From the NCBI RefSeq assembly GCF_001648355.1, contig NZ_LXSL01000017.1, forward strand, positions 1 to 32,000: a stretch of DNA of 32,000 bases. Direction: 5' to 3'. Position 1 is the stretch's first letter, and each line of letters opens with the position of its first letter. Below the pieces are notes generated by a model that was not told the DNA's origin, did not search any database, and saw only the letters and a program-made list of their open reading frames with translations. This DNA is from Eikenella longinqua (GTDB lineage: Bacteria > Pseudomonadota > Gammaproteobacteria > Burkholderiales > Neisseriaceae). Below are positions 16,437 to 25,050 of this stretch, in pieces. A program made the position numbers and the translations under genes.

Positions 16437-16516
16437 ATTTAGCAAGCTGCTAGAAATCTCAAAACTATAAGCTGCTTAAGTTACGAAAAATTTTTACGAT
16501 ACGATCGCATCAAAAA

Positions 16517-16557
16517 AGGCTACCTGAAAAACCAAACCGCAGTTTTTCAGGTAGCCT
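16517..16557. terminator. Inverted DUS pair hairpin downstream of ispA
   Basis: Exact 12-mers at 16517-16528 and 16546-16557, 23 nt past the ispA stop. Confidence 0.65.
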
Positions 16558-16579
16558 CTTTATCGTTTGCCGCAGGGCA

Positions 16580-17467
16580 TCAGTTGCCCCGCGCGGTAAC
16601 ATAGGCCGCGAGCTGCCGCAGCCGTTCGGCCCGCTCGCCGAAGCCGGCTAAGGCCTGCTGCGCTTCGGCCACCAGCCGTTCGGCATAGGCGCGGGCGGCG
16701 GCCAGGCCCATCAGCCGCACATAGGTGGGTTTGTCGGCTTCTTGGTCTTTGCCGGCGGTTTTGCCCAGCGTGGCGGTGTCGGCTTCGCAGTCGAGCACGT
16801 CGTCGATCACTTGGAAGGCGAGGCCGAGCTTGGCGGCGTAGCTGTCCAGTTTGGCCAGCGCGTCTTCACCCAAATCGGGGCAGCTCAAGCCGCCCAGTGC
16901 CACGGCGGCGCGGATGAGGGCGCCGGTTTTCAGGCGGTGCATGGTTTCCAATTCGGCCTGTCCGATCTGCCGCCCCACGGATTGCAAATCAATCGCCTGC
17001 CCGCCGGCCATGCCGAGGCTGCCGGAGGCGCGCGCCAAGGTGTGCACCATTTCGAGCTGGCGCGCGGCGGGCAATGCGCCGGGGCGGCTGAGCACATCAA
17101 AGGCCAGGGTTTGCAGCGCGTCGCCCACCAGCAGGGCGGCGGCTTCGCCGTATTGCACGTGGCAGGTGGGCTTGCCGCGGCGCAGGCTGTCGTTGTCCAT
17201 GGCGGGCATGTCGTCGTGCACCAGCGAATAGGCATGCACCAGCTCCACGGCGGCCAGCGCGGCTTCGGCGGCGGCTTGGTCTGATTCGCCCAATTCGGCG
17301 GCGGCCAGCACCAAAAGCGGGCGCAGGCGTTTGCCGCCGCCGAGCACGGCGTAGCGCATGGCTTCATGCAGGCCTTCGGGCAGGCTGCTTGCGGCGGGCA
17401 GCACGCGCTCCAGCACCAGCTCAGTTTGGGCGCGGGCGCGCTGCTGCCATTGTTTCAGCTCACTCAT
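16580..17467 (-). CDS. ispA: Farnesyl diphosphate synthase ((2E,6E)-farnesyl diphosphate synthase)
   Basis: ORF track, 295 aa. Both aspartate-rich motifs are present: [12 protein letters not shown] and FQVIDDVLD. Confidence 0.93.
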   Translation of the reverse strand: MSELKQWQQRARAQTELVLERVLPAASSLPEGLHEAMRYAVLGGGKRLRPLLVLAAAELGESDQAAAEAALAAVELVHAYSLVHDDMPAMDNDSLRRGKPTCHVQYGEAAALLVGDALQTLAFDVLSRPGALPAARQLEMVHTLARASGSLGMAGGQAIDLQSVGRQIGQAELETMHRLKTGALIRAAVALGGLSCPDLGEDALAKLDSYAAKLGLAFQVIDDVLDCEADTATLGKTAGKDQEADKPTYVRLMGLAAARAYAERLVAEAQQALAGFGERAERLRQLAAYVTARGN

Positions 17468-17714
17468 CTTGTTCCAGCACCAGTTCGCGCTCCTGCCCGG
17501 CGTCGAGCACTTGCAGTTTTTGTTCCACTTCGGCCAAACGCGCCTGGCAGAAGCGCACCAGCTCGCTGCCTTCCTGATAGGCGGCCAGCGCGTCTTCCAG
17601 CGGCATGTCGCTGGCCTGCATGGCTTGGTTGATGGCTTCCAGCCGGCTCACGGCTTCTTCGAAGGTTTTCGGTTTTTTCTTGGTCATAGCGGGTGGTTTT
17701 GCGGTTTGATTCAA
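17460..17714 (-). CDS. xseB: Exodeoxyribonuclease VII small subunit
   Basis: ORF track, 84 aa. [43 protein letters not shown] is typical XseB. It overlaps the ispA start by 8 nt, matching the known xseB-ispA operon order. An alternative internal Met (MTKKKPK) is possible. Confidence 0.88.
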   Translation of the reverse strand: MNQTAKPPAMTKKKPKTFEEAVSRLEAINQAMQASDMPLEDALAAYQEGSELVRFCQARLAEVEQKLQVLDAGQERELVLEQDE

Positions 17715-17768
17715 GGGCGGGATTGTAGCACAGCGGCCGGGCGGGTTCAGGCGGCTCCGACCAGGCAG

Positions 17769-17820
17769 AGGCTACCTGAAAATCTGCGGCCCCTGCCCGA
17801 GCGATGTTTTCAGGTAGCCC
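17769..17820. repeat. Inverted DUS pair in the divergent xseB/transporter intergenic region
   Basis: AGGCTACCTGAA (17769-17780) and TTCAGGTAGCCC (17809-17820, last base differs). Confidence 0.75.
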
Positions 17821-17952
17821 CAACGCCGATTTCATACTGACACACCGCCCACTTTCATTTACAATCCCCTCACCCGGCCGGATTGCTACAAGAAATCCGG
17901 CTTGCTATTTGCCGGCCCTTGCCGCCTCCAACCGCCATCAAAAGGAAACCCG

Positions 17953-19383
17953 ATGCGTATCCGTCACGCCCTCTTCCCGCTGCTGCTCGCCCTGCCGCTG
18001 CCCGCGCTGGCCGCCGAGCTCAACGGCGCCGAGCTGAGCCTGCCCTGGGGCATCCCCTTCGTGCTGATTCTGCTCTCCATCGCCACCGGCCCCCTGTTTT
18101 TCGCCCACATCTGGCACCACCACTTCGGCAAAATCACCGCCGGCTGGACGCTCGCCTTCCTCATCCCCTTCACCCTGGTATATGGCTTCTCCACCAGCCT
18201 GCACGTGCTCGTGCACGCCCTGGTGGCCGAATACATTCCGTTTATCCTGCTGCTGTGGGCGCTCTACACCATTTCCGGCGGCATCCTGGTGTGGGGCAAC
18301 CTGCACGGCAGCCCGTGCCTGAACACCGCCCTGCTCGCCATCGGCACGCTGCTGGCCTCCGTGATGGGCACCACCGGCGCCGCCATGCTGATGATCCGCC
18401 CCATCCTGAAAGCCAACGACAACCGCAAGCACCGCGTGCATGTGGTGGTGTTTTTCATCTTCCTGGTGGCCAATATCGGCGGCGGCCTCACCCCGCTGGG
18501 TGACCCGCCCCTCTTCCTCGGCTTTTTGAAAGGCGTGGATTTCATGTGGACGGTGGAGCACATGCTGCCGCCGGTGCTGATTAGCGCCGCCGTGCTGCTC
18601 ACCGTGTTCTACTTCCTCGACCGCCACTACTTCGCCCAGGCCGACGAAATCCTTGCCAAAGACCCGAGCCCCGACAGCCCGCCGGAAAAAATCAAGCTCA
18701 TGGGCAAATGGAACTTCCTGCTCTTGGGCGGCGTGGTGGCAGCCGTGATGATGTCAGGCATTTGGAAGCCCGAACACCCCGGCTTGGAAATCCTCGGCAC
18801 GCACTACGCCCTGCAAAACCTCGCCCGCGACGTGATTTTGGTGGCGCTGGGCATCACCTCGCTGCTGATCACGCCCAAGCAGGTGCGCGCCGGCAACGAA
18901 TTCAACTGGGGGCCGATTGCCGAAGTGGGTAAGCTCTTCCTCGGCATTTTCATCACCATCGCCCCCGTGCTCGCCATGCTGCAAGCCGGCGAGAGCGGCC
19001 CCTTCGCCCCGCTGATTGCGCTGGTGCACGACGCTGCGGGCAACCCGATCAACACCATGTATTTCTGGATGACCGGCATGCTCTCCGCCTTTTTGGACAA
19101 CGCGCCCACCTACCTCGTGTTCTTCAACATGGCCGGCGGCGACGCGCAGGCGCTGATGACCGGCCACCTGTTCCACTCGCTTTTGGCCATCTCCATGGGC
19201 TCGGTGTTTATGGGCGCACTCAGCTACATCGGCAACGCGCCAAACTTCATGGTGAAGGCTATCGCCGAACAGCGCAAAGTGCCCATGCCCGGCTTCTTCG
19301 GCTACATGATGTGGTCGTTCGGCATCCTCGTGCCGCTGTTTATCCTGCACACGCTGATTTTCTTCGTGTGGCAGATTTTCTAA
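17953..19383 (+). CDS. Ion-transporter-superfamily permease (ArsB/NhaD-like, putative Na+/H+ antiporter)
   Basis: Lies within ORF 17902..19383. The ATG at 17953 is preceded by AAAGGA. The protein is polytopic and hydrophobic throughout (about 12 predicted helices by eye), with motifs such as GGGLTPLGDPPLFLGF. The family call is from resemblance only. Confidence 0.8.
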   Translation: MRIRHALFPLLLALPLPALAAELNGAELSLPWGIPFVLILLSIATGPLFFAHIWHHHFGKITAGWTLAFLIPFTLVYGFSTSLHVLVHALVAEYIPFILLLWALYTISGGILVWGNLHGSPCLNTALLAIGTLLASVMGTTGAAMLMIRPILKANDNRKHRVHVVVFFIFLVANIGGGLTPLGDPPLFLGFLKGVDFMWTVEHMLPPVLISAAVLLTVFYFLDRHYFAQADEILAKDPSPDSPPEKIKLMGKWNFLLLGGVVAAVMMSGIWKPEHPGLEILGTHYALQNLARDVILVALGITSLLITPKQVRAGNEFNWGPIAEVGKLFLGIFITIAPVLAMLQAGESGPFAPLIALVHDAAGNPINTMYFWMTGMLSAFLDNAPTYLVFFNMAGGDAQALMTGHLFHSLLAISMGSVFMGALSYIGNAPNFMVKAIAEQRKVPMPGFFGYMMWSFGILVPLFILHTLIFFVWQIF

Positions 19384-19399
19384 GGGCGCAGTAAGATGA

Positions 19400-19431
19400 A
19401 GGCTACCTGAAAACTATTTTTCAGGTAGCCT
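19400..19431. terminator. Inverted DUS pair hairpin downstream of the transporter gene
   Basis: Exact 12-mers at 19400-19411 and 19420-19431, followed by TTTGATTTT. Confidence 0.7.
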
Positions 19432-19452
19432 TTGATTTTCGGGGAGCGAAAA

Positions 19453-19608
19453 ATGAAGCAATCCGGTTCTTATTCTGACCTTCAGTCTTTTGGTTATGGC
19501 TTGGCAATCGTTGCCGTAACCATCGTCTCTATTGCTGCTGTCGTCGCTAATTTCATCTTTACTTGGCACATCCTTGCCGCATTATTGGATACGGCAACTG
19601 CGCCTTGA
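19453..19608 (+). CDS. Possible small hydrophobic peptide (51 aa, one TM helix)
   Basis: Hand translation: MKQSGSYSDLQSFGYGLAIVAVTIVSIAAVVANFIFTWHILAALLDTATAP*. GGGGAG lies 6-7 nt upstream of the ATG. It is below the ORF-track size cut-off, and I have no homology evidence. Confidence 0.35.
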   Translation: MKQSGSYSDLQSFGYGLAIVAVTIVSIAAVVANFIFTWHILAALLDTATAP

Positions 19609-19698
19609 AGCCAAACAAGCAGCAAACCAAACTCCCGCCCCTCCGGAAAACCACCCAAACCACCACGATTAAACCCGTGCCAACCCCAATCCCCATTT

Positions 19699-19725
19699 TT
19701 CAGGTAGCCCCAAAGGCTACCTGAA
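19699..19725. repeat. Tail-to-tail DUS pair upstream of rsuA
   Basis: TTCAGGTAGCCC (19699-19710, one mismatch) and AGGCTACCTGAA (19714-19725). Confidence 0.75.
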
Positions 19726-19771
19726 ACCCTGTGCTATCATCCCGAATCCCACACTCATCCCCCGCCCAACC

Positions 19772-20455
19772 ATGCAGCTCACCAAATACCTCCAAGCCCA
19801 AGGCATCGGCAGCCGCAAACAATGCCGCCAGCTTATCGAACAAGGCCGCATCGCCATCAACGGCGCCCCCGCCGAACACCCCGCCGCCGAAATCGAGCCC
19901 ACCCAAGTGCACAGCCTCGCCATCGACGGCGAAGCGCTCGCCGTCATCCCCCTGCCGTATTATTACATCCTGCTGCACAAGCCCGCCGGCTACGAAACCT
20001 CCCACAAACCGCGCGACTACCCCAGCATCTTCTCCCTGCTGCCCGATCACCTCCGCGCCACCGGGCCCCAAGCCGTCGGCCGCCTCGACGCCGACACCAC
20101 CGGCGTACTGCTCCTCACCAACGACGGCGCCTTCAACCACCGCCAAACCTCGCCCAAACAACACGTGGCCAAGCTCTACCGCGCCACCCTCAAACACCCC
20201 GCCGGCGAAGAACTGTGCGCCACCCTGCGCCAAGGCGTGCTGCTGCACGACGATAACGAAACCGTGGCCGCCGCCGCAGCCGAGCTCGAAAGCCCGCACA
20301 GCCTGCTGCTCACCCTCACCGAAGGCAAATACCACCAAGTCAAACGCATGGTGGCCGCCGCCGGCAACCGAGTGGAAGCCCTGCACCGCCTGCGCTTCGG
20401 CGATTGGGATTGCCAAGGCCTGCAACCCGGCGAATGGCGCTTTATCCAGCCCTAG
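19772..20455 (+). CDS. rsuA: 16S rRNA pseudouridine synthase (RsuA family, S4 domain + catalytic domain)
   Basis: ORF track, 227 aa. N-terminal S4-like segment MQLTKYLQAQGIGSRKQCRQLIEQGRIAING. Catalytic motif GRLDADTTGVLLLTNDG, then EGKYHQVKRM. The length and layout match E. coli RsuA. Confidence 0.88.
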   Translation: MQLTKYLQAQGIGSRKQCRQLIEQGRIAINGAPAEHPAAEIEPTQVHSLAIDGEALAVIPLPYYYILLHKPAGYETSHKPRDYPSIFSLLPDHLRATGPQAVGRLDADTTGVLLLTNDGAFNHRQTSPKQHVAKLYRATLKHPAGEELCATLRQGVLLHDDNETVAAAAAELESPHSLLLTLTEGKYHQVKRMVAAAGNRVEALHRLRFGDWDCQGLQPGEWRFIQP

Positions 20456-20610
20456 CGCCGCCGTCAGGCAAACCAGCAGGTTGCCCTTCAACCTTCCCAT
20501 CCGTTCCCAACACAAGCCCGCGGCTTACTGCTTCCCTCCGGCCTGCCGATACTTTTTAGCTTCGCAGAAACTCCGCTGCACGGCGTTTTGACTGCGTTGA
20601 AGCTTACGCT

Positions 20611-20622
20611 TTCAGGCAGCCT
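20611..20622 (-). repeat. Variant DUS (TTCAGGCAGCCT), same variant as at 2022
   Basis: 12-mer read in the sequence, in the intergenic region. Confidence 0.55.
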
Positions 20623-20749
20623 TGCCCGCCCCAGCCAAACAAAAGGGCAATCTTTGCTTACTCGAATGCAGGCTGGTTGTCAAGAAACCGCCTAAGATAC
20701 TGTTCAGATTGGGTTTTACTGCTTGCCCCTGTTGTCGGGGCGTAATATA

Positions 20750-20776
20750 AGGCTACCTGAACTTTTCAGGTAGCCT
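20750..20776. terminator. Inverted DUS pair with a 3-nt spacer between the convergent rsuA and VOC genes
   Basis: AGGCTACCTGAA (20750-20761) and TTCAGGTAGCCT (20765-20776). Confidence 0.6.
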
Positions 20777-20803
20777 CTCTTTTCCAGCAAATTTCCAGCA
20801 AAT

Positions 20804-21202
20804 CTACTCGTTCCAAGCCATCGCTTCGATTTTGTGCCCGTCTAAATCGCGCACAAAGCAGCCGTAGTAGGCTTCTCCGTAGTGCGGGCGTTTGCCGGGC
20901 GCGCCGTCGGGCTGGGCGCCGTGGGCGAGGGCGGCGGCGTAGAAGGCGTCCACCTGCGCATTGTTTTCCGCCAAAAAGGCGATGTGCACGCCGTTGGCGG
21001 TTTGCGCGGGCTGCCCGTCGTGCGGCGCCTGAATCCAGAATTCGGGGAAGGCGCGGCCATAGGCGATGGCGCGGTGTTCGCTCAAATCCAGCACGCGGCG
21101 GATGCCCAGCGGGGCGAGCGCGGCATCATAAAAGGCGGCGGCCCGCTCGAATTGATTGGTGCCGAGGGAAACGTGCGACAGGGCGCTTTGCGGTTGGGTC
21201 AT
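20804..21202 (-). CDS. VOC-family (glyoxalase/bleomycin-resistance/dioxygenase fold) protein
   Basis: Lies within ORF 20804..21247. The internal ATG at 21202 is preceded by AAGGAG. MTQPQSALSHVSLGTNQFERAAAFYDAALAPLG...HIAFLAEN...YGCFVRDLDGHKIEA is typical of small VOC proteins. Confidence 0.85.
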   Translation of the reverse strand: MTQPQSALSHVSLGTNQFERAAAFYDAALAPLGIRRVLDLSEHRAIAYGRAFPEFWIQAPHDGQPAQTANGVHIAFLAENNAQVDAFYAAALAHGAQPDGAPGKRPHYGEAYYGCFVRDLDGHKIEAMAWNE

Positions 21203-21234
21203 GGCAGAACTCCTTTTGCGGGTGGGGAATGGCT

Positions 21235-21343
21235 TATAGCGAACCAACTTAACTTTCGCTACGGCGTTAGCTCGCCTTGCCGTACTCCTCTGTACTGTCT
21301 GCGGCTCGCTGCCTGGTATCGAAAGCCAATTTGATTCGCTATA
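21235..21343. mobile_element. Correia-like miniature inverted-repeat element (CREE-like, short ~109-bp form)
   Basis: TATAGCGAACCAACTTAACTTTCG...CGAAAGCCAATTTGATTCGCTATA form imperfect terminal inverted repeats of about 26-28 bp (about 22/28 match), both ending in TATA. The core TACGGCGTTAGCTCGCCTTGCCGTACTCCTCTGTACTGTCTGCGGCTCGCTGCC closely resembles the Neisseria Correia core as I remember it (GTACGGCGTTGCCTCGCCTTGCCGTACTATTTGTACTGTCTGCGGCTTCGTCGCC). Confidence 0.75.
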
Positions 21344-21401
21344 GTGATTTTAAACCATTGGGCATGGCGGATTCCAGAATCCGGCCTGCGGCCAAGCAAA
21401 G

Positions 21402-21458
21402 GGCTACCTGAAAAATGCGCAACGCTTTTGGCTGCGCCCAAACATTTTTCAGGTAGCC
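21402..21458. repeat. 57-bp DUS-capped palindromic element, copy A; terminator-like hairpin that overlaps the macrodomain gene stop
   Basis: GGCTACCTGAAAAATGCGCAACGCTTTTGGCTGCGCCCAAACATTTTTCAGGTAGCC. The gene's TGA stop (21449-21451) is the TCA of the DUS arm. Confidence 0.8.
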
Positions 21459-21961
21459 GCCAACAGCCGCCGATAGCGCGCCGCATCCTGCGTCGAAAAG
21501 CAGCAAAACACCACGCGCGCCACCTGCGGGCATTGCGCCAGCGTGTCGCGCACGGCCTGCACGGCGATTTCCGCCGCCTCGTCTGCGGGATAGCCGTACA
21601 CGCCGGTGCTGATGCAGGGGAAGGCGATGCTCTTGGCGCCGTGCGCGGCGGCCAGCCGGAGCGAGCGGGCATAGGCCGCGGCCAGCAGCGCCGCTTCTCC
21701 GTGCCGCCCGCCGCGCCACACCGAGCCGACGGTGTGCACCACCCATCGCGCGGGCAGGCGGTAGCCCCGGGTGATTTTGGCTTCGCCCGGCAGGCAGCCG
21801 CCCAGCGTGCGGCACTCGGCCAAAAGCTGCGGCCCGGCGGCACGGTGTATCGCCCCGTCCACCCCGCCGCCGCCGAGCAGCGAGGAGTTGGCGGCGTTTA
21901 CGATGGCGTCCACCGCCAGCGTGGTGATGTCGGCTTGGATGGTTTCGAGTGTGGCGGGCAT
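21449..21961 (-). CDS. ymdB: Macrodomain protein, O-acetyl-ADP-ribose deacetylase (YmdB-like)
   Basis: This is the C-terminal 170 codons of the spurious 894-aa ORF 21449..24133, with the ATG at 21961. [44 protein letters not shown]...[12 protein letters not shown]...[12 protein letters not shown] aligns almost motif-for-motif with E. coli YmdB. Confidence 0.9.
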   Translation of the reverse strand: MPATLETIQADITTLAVDAIVNAANSSLLGGGGVDGAIHRAAGPQLLAECRTLGGCLPGEAKITRGYRLPARWVVHTVGSVWRGGRHGEAALLAAAYARSLRLAAAHGAKSIAFPCISTGVYGYPADEAAEIAVQAVRDTLAQCPQVARVVFCCFSTQDAARYRRLLAAT

Positions 21962-21990
21962 GGCGCTTTCCTTGCTGCTGTGGGGTTGAA

Positions 21991-22047
21991 GGCTACCTGA
22001 AAAATGTTTGGGCGCAGCCAAAAGCGTTGCACATTTTTCAGGTAGCC
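21991..22047. repeat. 57-bp DUS-capped palindromic element, copy B (reverse complement of copy A with one mismatch)
   Basis: GGCTACCTGAAAAATGTTTGGGCGCAGCCAAAAGCGTTGCACATTTTTCAGGTAGCC. Comparing by hand to the reverse complement of 21402-21458 shows a single G/A difference. Confidence 0.8.
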
Positions 22048-22162
22048 TAGGCTTCGCCTGCATGATACGCCCGCTCGGCTGCCGACCCAAGAGGCTGGCT
22101 GAAATCTGCCGCCGCCGTTTCAGGTACAATACCCGCCGTCTCCCTCCCCGCCTCCCATTGCC

Positions 22163-24388
22163 GTGCCCTACTGCCAAGTTGCCCTCAACGTGCCGCTCGA
22201 CAAGCTGCTCACCTACCGCGCCGACCGCATTCCCGCGCCCGGTACGCGCGTGGCCGTGCCCTTTCGCGGCAAAACCGTGGCCGGCATCGCGTGGGGCGCG
22301 TGCGCAGCGCCGGAAATCGATCCCGCCAAAATCTTGCCGCTGGCGCAGATGTTTGCAAACGAGCCGCCGCTGCCCGCCGCCTGGCGCGAGCTCATCGAAT
22401 TCACCGCCCGCTATTATCACCACTCCATCGGCCAAACCGCCTTCACCGCGCTGCCGGCCGGCCTGCGCGAAGCCAAGCCCTGCCCGCTGCCGCCGCCCGA
22501 GCCGTGGTTTGCGCTCACTGAATTGGGGCGGCAGCAGCCCACGCCGCCGCCGCGCCACCGCCGCCAGGCCGCGCTGTGGCAGGCCTTGCTGGCCGCGCCC
22601 TTGAGCCGGAGCGCCGCCCGCGCCATTGCGCCGCAAGCCGCCGTGCAACTGGCCGCCTGGCAGGCGCAGGGCTGGCTCGCCGCCGAAACGCCCGTTGCCC
22701 CCGCCCGCCTGCCGATTCCGCCTTCGCCCGTGCCGCTCAACCCCGGGCAGCAGGCCGCCGCCGATGCGGTGGCGCAGGCGCAGGGCTTCGCCCCCTTCCT
22801 GCTGCATGGCATCACCGGCAGCGGCAAAACCGAAACCTATTTCGAAGCCATGGCCGCCGCGCTCTCTGCTGGCAGGCAAGTGCTGTTCCTGCTGCCGGAA
22901 ATCAGCCTCACGCCGCAGCTCATCGCCCGATTGCAACAGCGTTTTGCCGAGGTGCCCACCGCCGTGCTGCACAGCCAAACCGCCGCCGGCGAGCGCACCC
23001 AAGGCTACCTGAAAGCCATGTGCGGGCAAGTCCGCCTGGTGGTGGGCACGCGGCTGGCGGTGTTCACGCCGCTGCCGGATTTGGGGCTGATTGTGGTGGA
23101 CGAAGAGCACGACGCTTCGTTTAAGCAAGACAGCGAGCTGCGCTACCACGCCCGCGATTTGGCCGTGTGGCGCGCGCGGCAAGCCGGCTGCCCGATTATG
23201 CTGGGCAGCGCCACGCCCTCTCTGGAAAGCTGGCACAAAGCGAAAAGCGGTGCCTACCGCCTGCTCAGCCTGCCGCAGCGCGCCCGTGCCGCCGCCCGCC
23301 TGCCCGAAATCCGCCTCATCGACATCCGCCGCGAGCCGCTGGATCAAGGCTTCTGCCCCGCCGCCTTCAAGCTCTTGCGGCAAAACCACGCCGCAGGCGG
23401 CATGAGCATGGTGTACCTCAACCGACGCGGCTTCGCCCCCACCCTGTTTTGCGGCGACTGCGGCCACACCTTCGGCTGCCCGCACTGCTCGGCCAAGCTG
23501 GTGCTGCACCAGCGCGCCCGCCAGCTGCGCTGCCACCACTGCGGCCTGGCCGTGCCCATTCCGAAAAAATGCCCCAGCTGCGGCAACCAAGACCTCACCG
23601 CCGTGGGCATCGGCACGCAACGGGTGGAAGAAGCCCTGCGCGCGCAGCTGCCCGAAGCCAAAATCGAGCGTGTGGACAGAGACAGCGTGGCGCGCAAAGG
23701 CGACTGGCAGCGGCTCTACCAGCGCATTGCCGAAAACGGCGTGGACATTTTGGTGGGCACGCAGATGCTGGCCAAAGGCCACGATTTCGCCCGCCTGAAC
23801 CTGGTGCTGGTGCTCAACGCCGACGGCAGCCTTTATAGCGCCGACTTCCGCGCCCCCGAGCGCCTGTTTGCCGAGCTGATGCAGGTGGCCGGGCGTGCCG
23901 GACGCGCCGAGCTGCCCGGCCGCGTGTTTATCCAAACCCGCCTGCCCGAGCACCGCGTGTACCAATCCCTCCTGCGGCAAGACTACCCCGCCTTCGCTGA
24001 AGCCGAACTGGCCGAGAGAGAAAGTTTCGATATGCCGCCCTTCGCCCACACCGCCGCCGTCCGCGCCGACGCCGCCAATATGGCCGATGCGTTGGAACTC
24101 TTGCGCCTGGCCGCCGAGTGGGTGGCTCAGCAAGGGCTACCTGAAAACGAACGCAGTGAGTTTCGCCAAAACGGGGAAAGCGAAGCGGCCGAAGTGCTCT
24201 GCCTCGGCCCCGTGCCCATGCTGCTGGCCCGGCTCGCCGGCCGCGAACGCGCGCAGGTGTTCCTCGAAAGCCCCAGCCGCAAAGCCCTGCACCGCCAAGT
24301 GTCCCTCTGGCAGCAGGCACTCGCCGCGCTGGCACGGCAGTTTGCCGCCGCCAGATGGTCGGTGGACATCGACCCGCTGGAAATGTGA
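22163..24388 (+). CDS. priA: Primosomal protein N' (replication restart helicase PriA)
   Basis: ORF track, 741 aa, GTG start. Walker [14 protein letters not shown] box VVDEEHD, and the Cys-rich zinc region [20 protein letters not shown]...LRCHHCG...CPSCGN. Confidence 0.94.
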   Translation: MPYCQVALNVPLDKLLTYRADRIPAPGTRVAVPFRGKTVAGIAWGACAAPEIDPAKILPLAQMFANEPPLPAAWRELIEFTARYYHHSIGQTAFTALPAGLREAKPCPLPPPEPWFALTELGRQQPTPPPRHRRQAALWQALLAAPLSRSAARAIAPQAAVQLAAWQAQGWLAAETPVAPARLPIPPSPVPLNPGQQAAADAVAQAQGFAPFLLHGITGSGKTETYFEAMAAALSAGRQVLFLLPEISLTPQLIARLQQRFAEVPTAVLHSQTAAGERTQGYLKAMCGQVRLVVGTRLAVFTPLPDLGLIVVDEEHDASFKQDSELRYHARDLAVWRARQAGCPIMLGSATPSLESWHKAKSGAYRLLSLPQRARAAARLPEIRLIDIRREPLDQGFCPAAFKLLRQNHAAGGMSMVYLNRRGFAPTLFCGDCGHTFGCPHCSAKLVLHQRARQLRCHHCGLAVPIPKKCPSCGNQDLTAVGIGTQRVEEALRAQLPEAKIERVDRDSVARKGDWQRLYQRIAENGVDILVGTQMLAKGHDFARLNLVLVLNADGSLYSADFRAPERLFAELMQVAGRAGRAELPGRVFIQTRLPEHRVYQSLLRQDYPAFAEAELAERESFDMPPFAHTAAVRADAANMADALELLRLAAEWVAQQGLPENERSEFRQNGESEAAEVLCLGPVPMLLARLAGRERAQVFLESPSRKALHRQVSLWQQALAALARQFAAARWSVDIDPLEM

Positions 24389-24425
24389 GCCGCCATAGAT
24401 GGATGGGCAATACCTGCCGCGCAAA

Positions 24426-24478
24426 AGGCTACCTGAAAAATAAGCCGCCAAAAGGGCAGGATATTTTTCAGGTAGCCT
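24426..24478. terminator. Inverted DUS pair hairpin downstream of priA
   Basis: Exact 12-mers at 24426-24437 and 24467-24478. Confidence 0.65.
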
Positions 24479-24604
24479 TTTCATGCCGCTGCAGCTTGGA
24501 CATTCATGCCCGATATTTGTACTAAAAACCGATAGACATTCCCCCTAAGTATCGGCAAAATGTGGTCTCTTTCGTTTCATCCCGCAACCCAAAAAGGAAA
24601 CCCC

Positions 24605-24922
24605 ATGAAGAAAACTCTGTTTGCCGCCGCCCTGCTGGCCGCCGTGCTTGCCCCTGCCGCTTCCGCCAAAACCGTGCAGCAGATGCGCAGCGAATTCGTG
24701 TCCTCCTGCGTGCAGTCTGCCACTTCCGGCGGCAGCACCCTAAACCGCTCGATGGCCACCACCCTGTGCGGCTGCACCTTCGACGAAACCGCCAAGCAAT
24801 ACCCCGCCGCCCAATGGAAACGCACGCTCGAGCAATACGACCGCACCGGCAACGACCCCGTGTTTGAACGCCGCATGCGCGCCTCCACCGAAACCTGCGT
24901 GCGCCGCCACGTGCGCCGCTAA
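24605..24922 (+). CDS. Small secreted Cys-containing protein of unknown function (105 aa)
   Basis: Lies within ORF 24560..24922. The ATG at 24605 is preceded by AAAGGAAA. Signal peptide: MKKTLFAAALLAAVLAPAASA. Four Cys residues in the mature part. Confidence 0.7.
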   Translation: MKKTLFAAALLAAVLAPAASAKTVQQMRSEFVSSCVQSATSGGSTLNRSMATTLCGCTFDETAKQYPAAQWKRTLEQYDRTGNDPVFERRMRASTETCVRRHVRR

Positions 24923-24941
24923 TCCCCGCGCATCAAACCAA

Positions 24942-24971
24942 AGGCTACCTGAATTTATTTTCAGGTAGCCT
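24942..24971. terminator. Inverted DUS pair hairpin
   Basis: Exact 12-mers at 24942-24953 and 24960-24971, 20 nt past the preceding stop. Confidence 0.65.
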
Positions 24972-25050
24972 CAATCTTTCCCGCCACAGCGGATGCTTTC
25001 CGCCGTCCTTCCCGCTACAATACGCCCTTTTCGTTTCCCCGCCACATCCC

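Noticed and set aside
19700-20591. ORFs 19700..20515 (-) and 19731..20591 (+) overlapping rsuA
   Set aside because: They are off-frame and antisense to an RsuA ORF with clear catalytic motifs. Their composition is low-complexity P/A/T or G/A.
20781-20802. Short direct repeat TTCCAGCAAAT x2 just past the DUS pair near the VOC gene stop
   Set aside because: It is only two 11-bp copies in a 3' untranslated spacer. There is no associated ORF or structure, so it is probably a trivial duplication.
4113-21961. Functional link between the sirtuin (4113-4937) and the macrodomain gene (21449-21961), as in SirTM-type operons
   Set aside because: The genes are about 16.5 kb apart, on opposite strands, and separated by many unrelated housekeeping genes. 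The macrodomain protein looks like ordinary YmdB. There is no sequence-based reason to couple them.
21449-24133. 894-aa minus-strand ORF, the second-longest in the track
   Set aside because: Only its last 170 codons (21449-21961) are macrodomain-like. The rest is antisense to priA, is Gly/Ala/Arg-rich with no motifs, and is the usual stop-poor antisense frame of GC-rich DNA.
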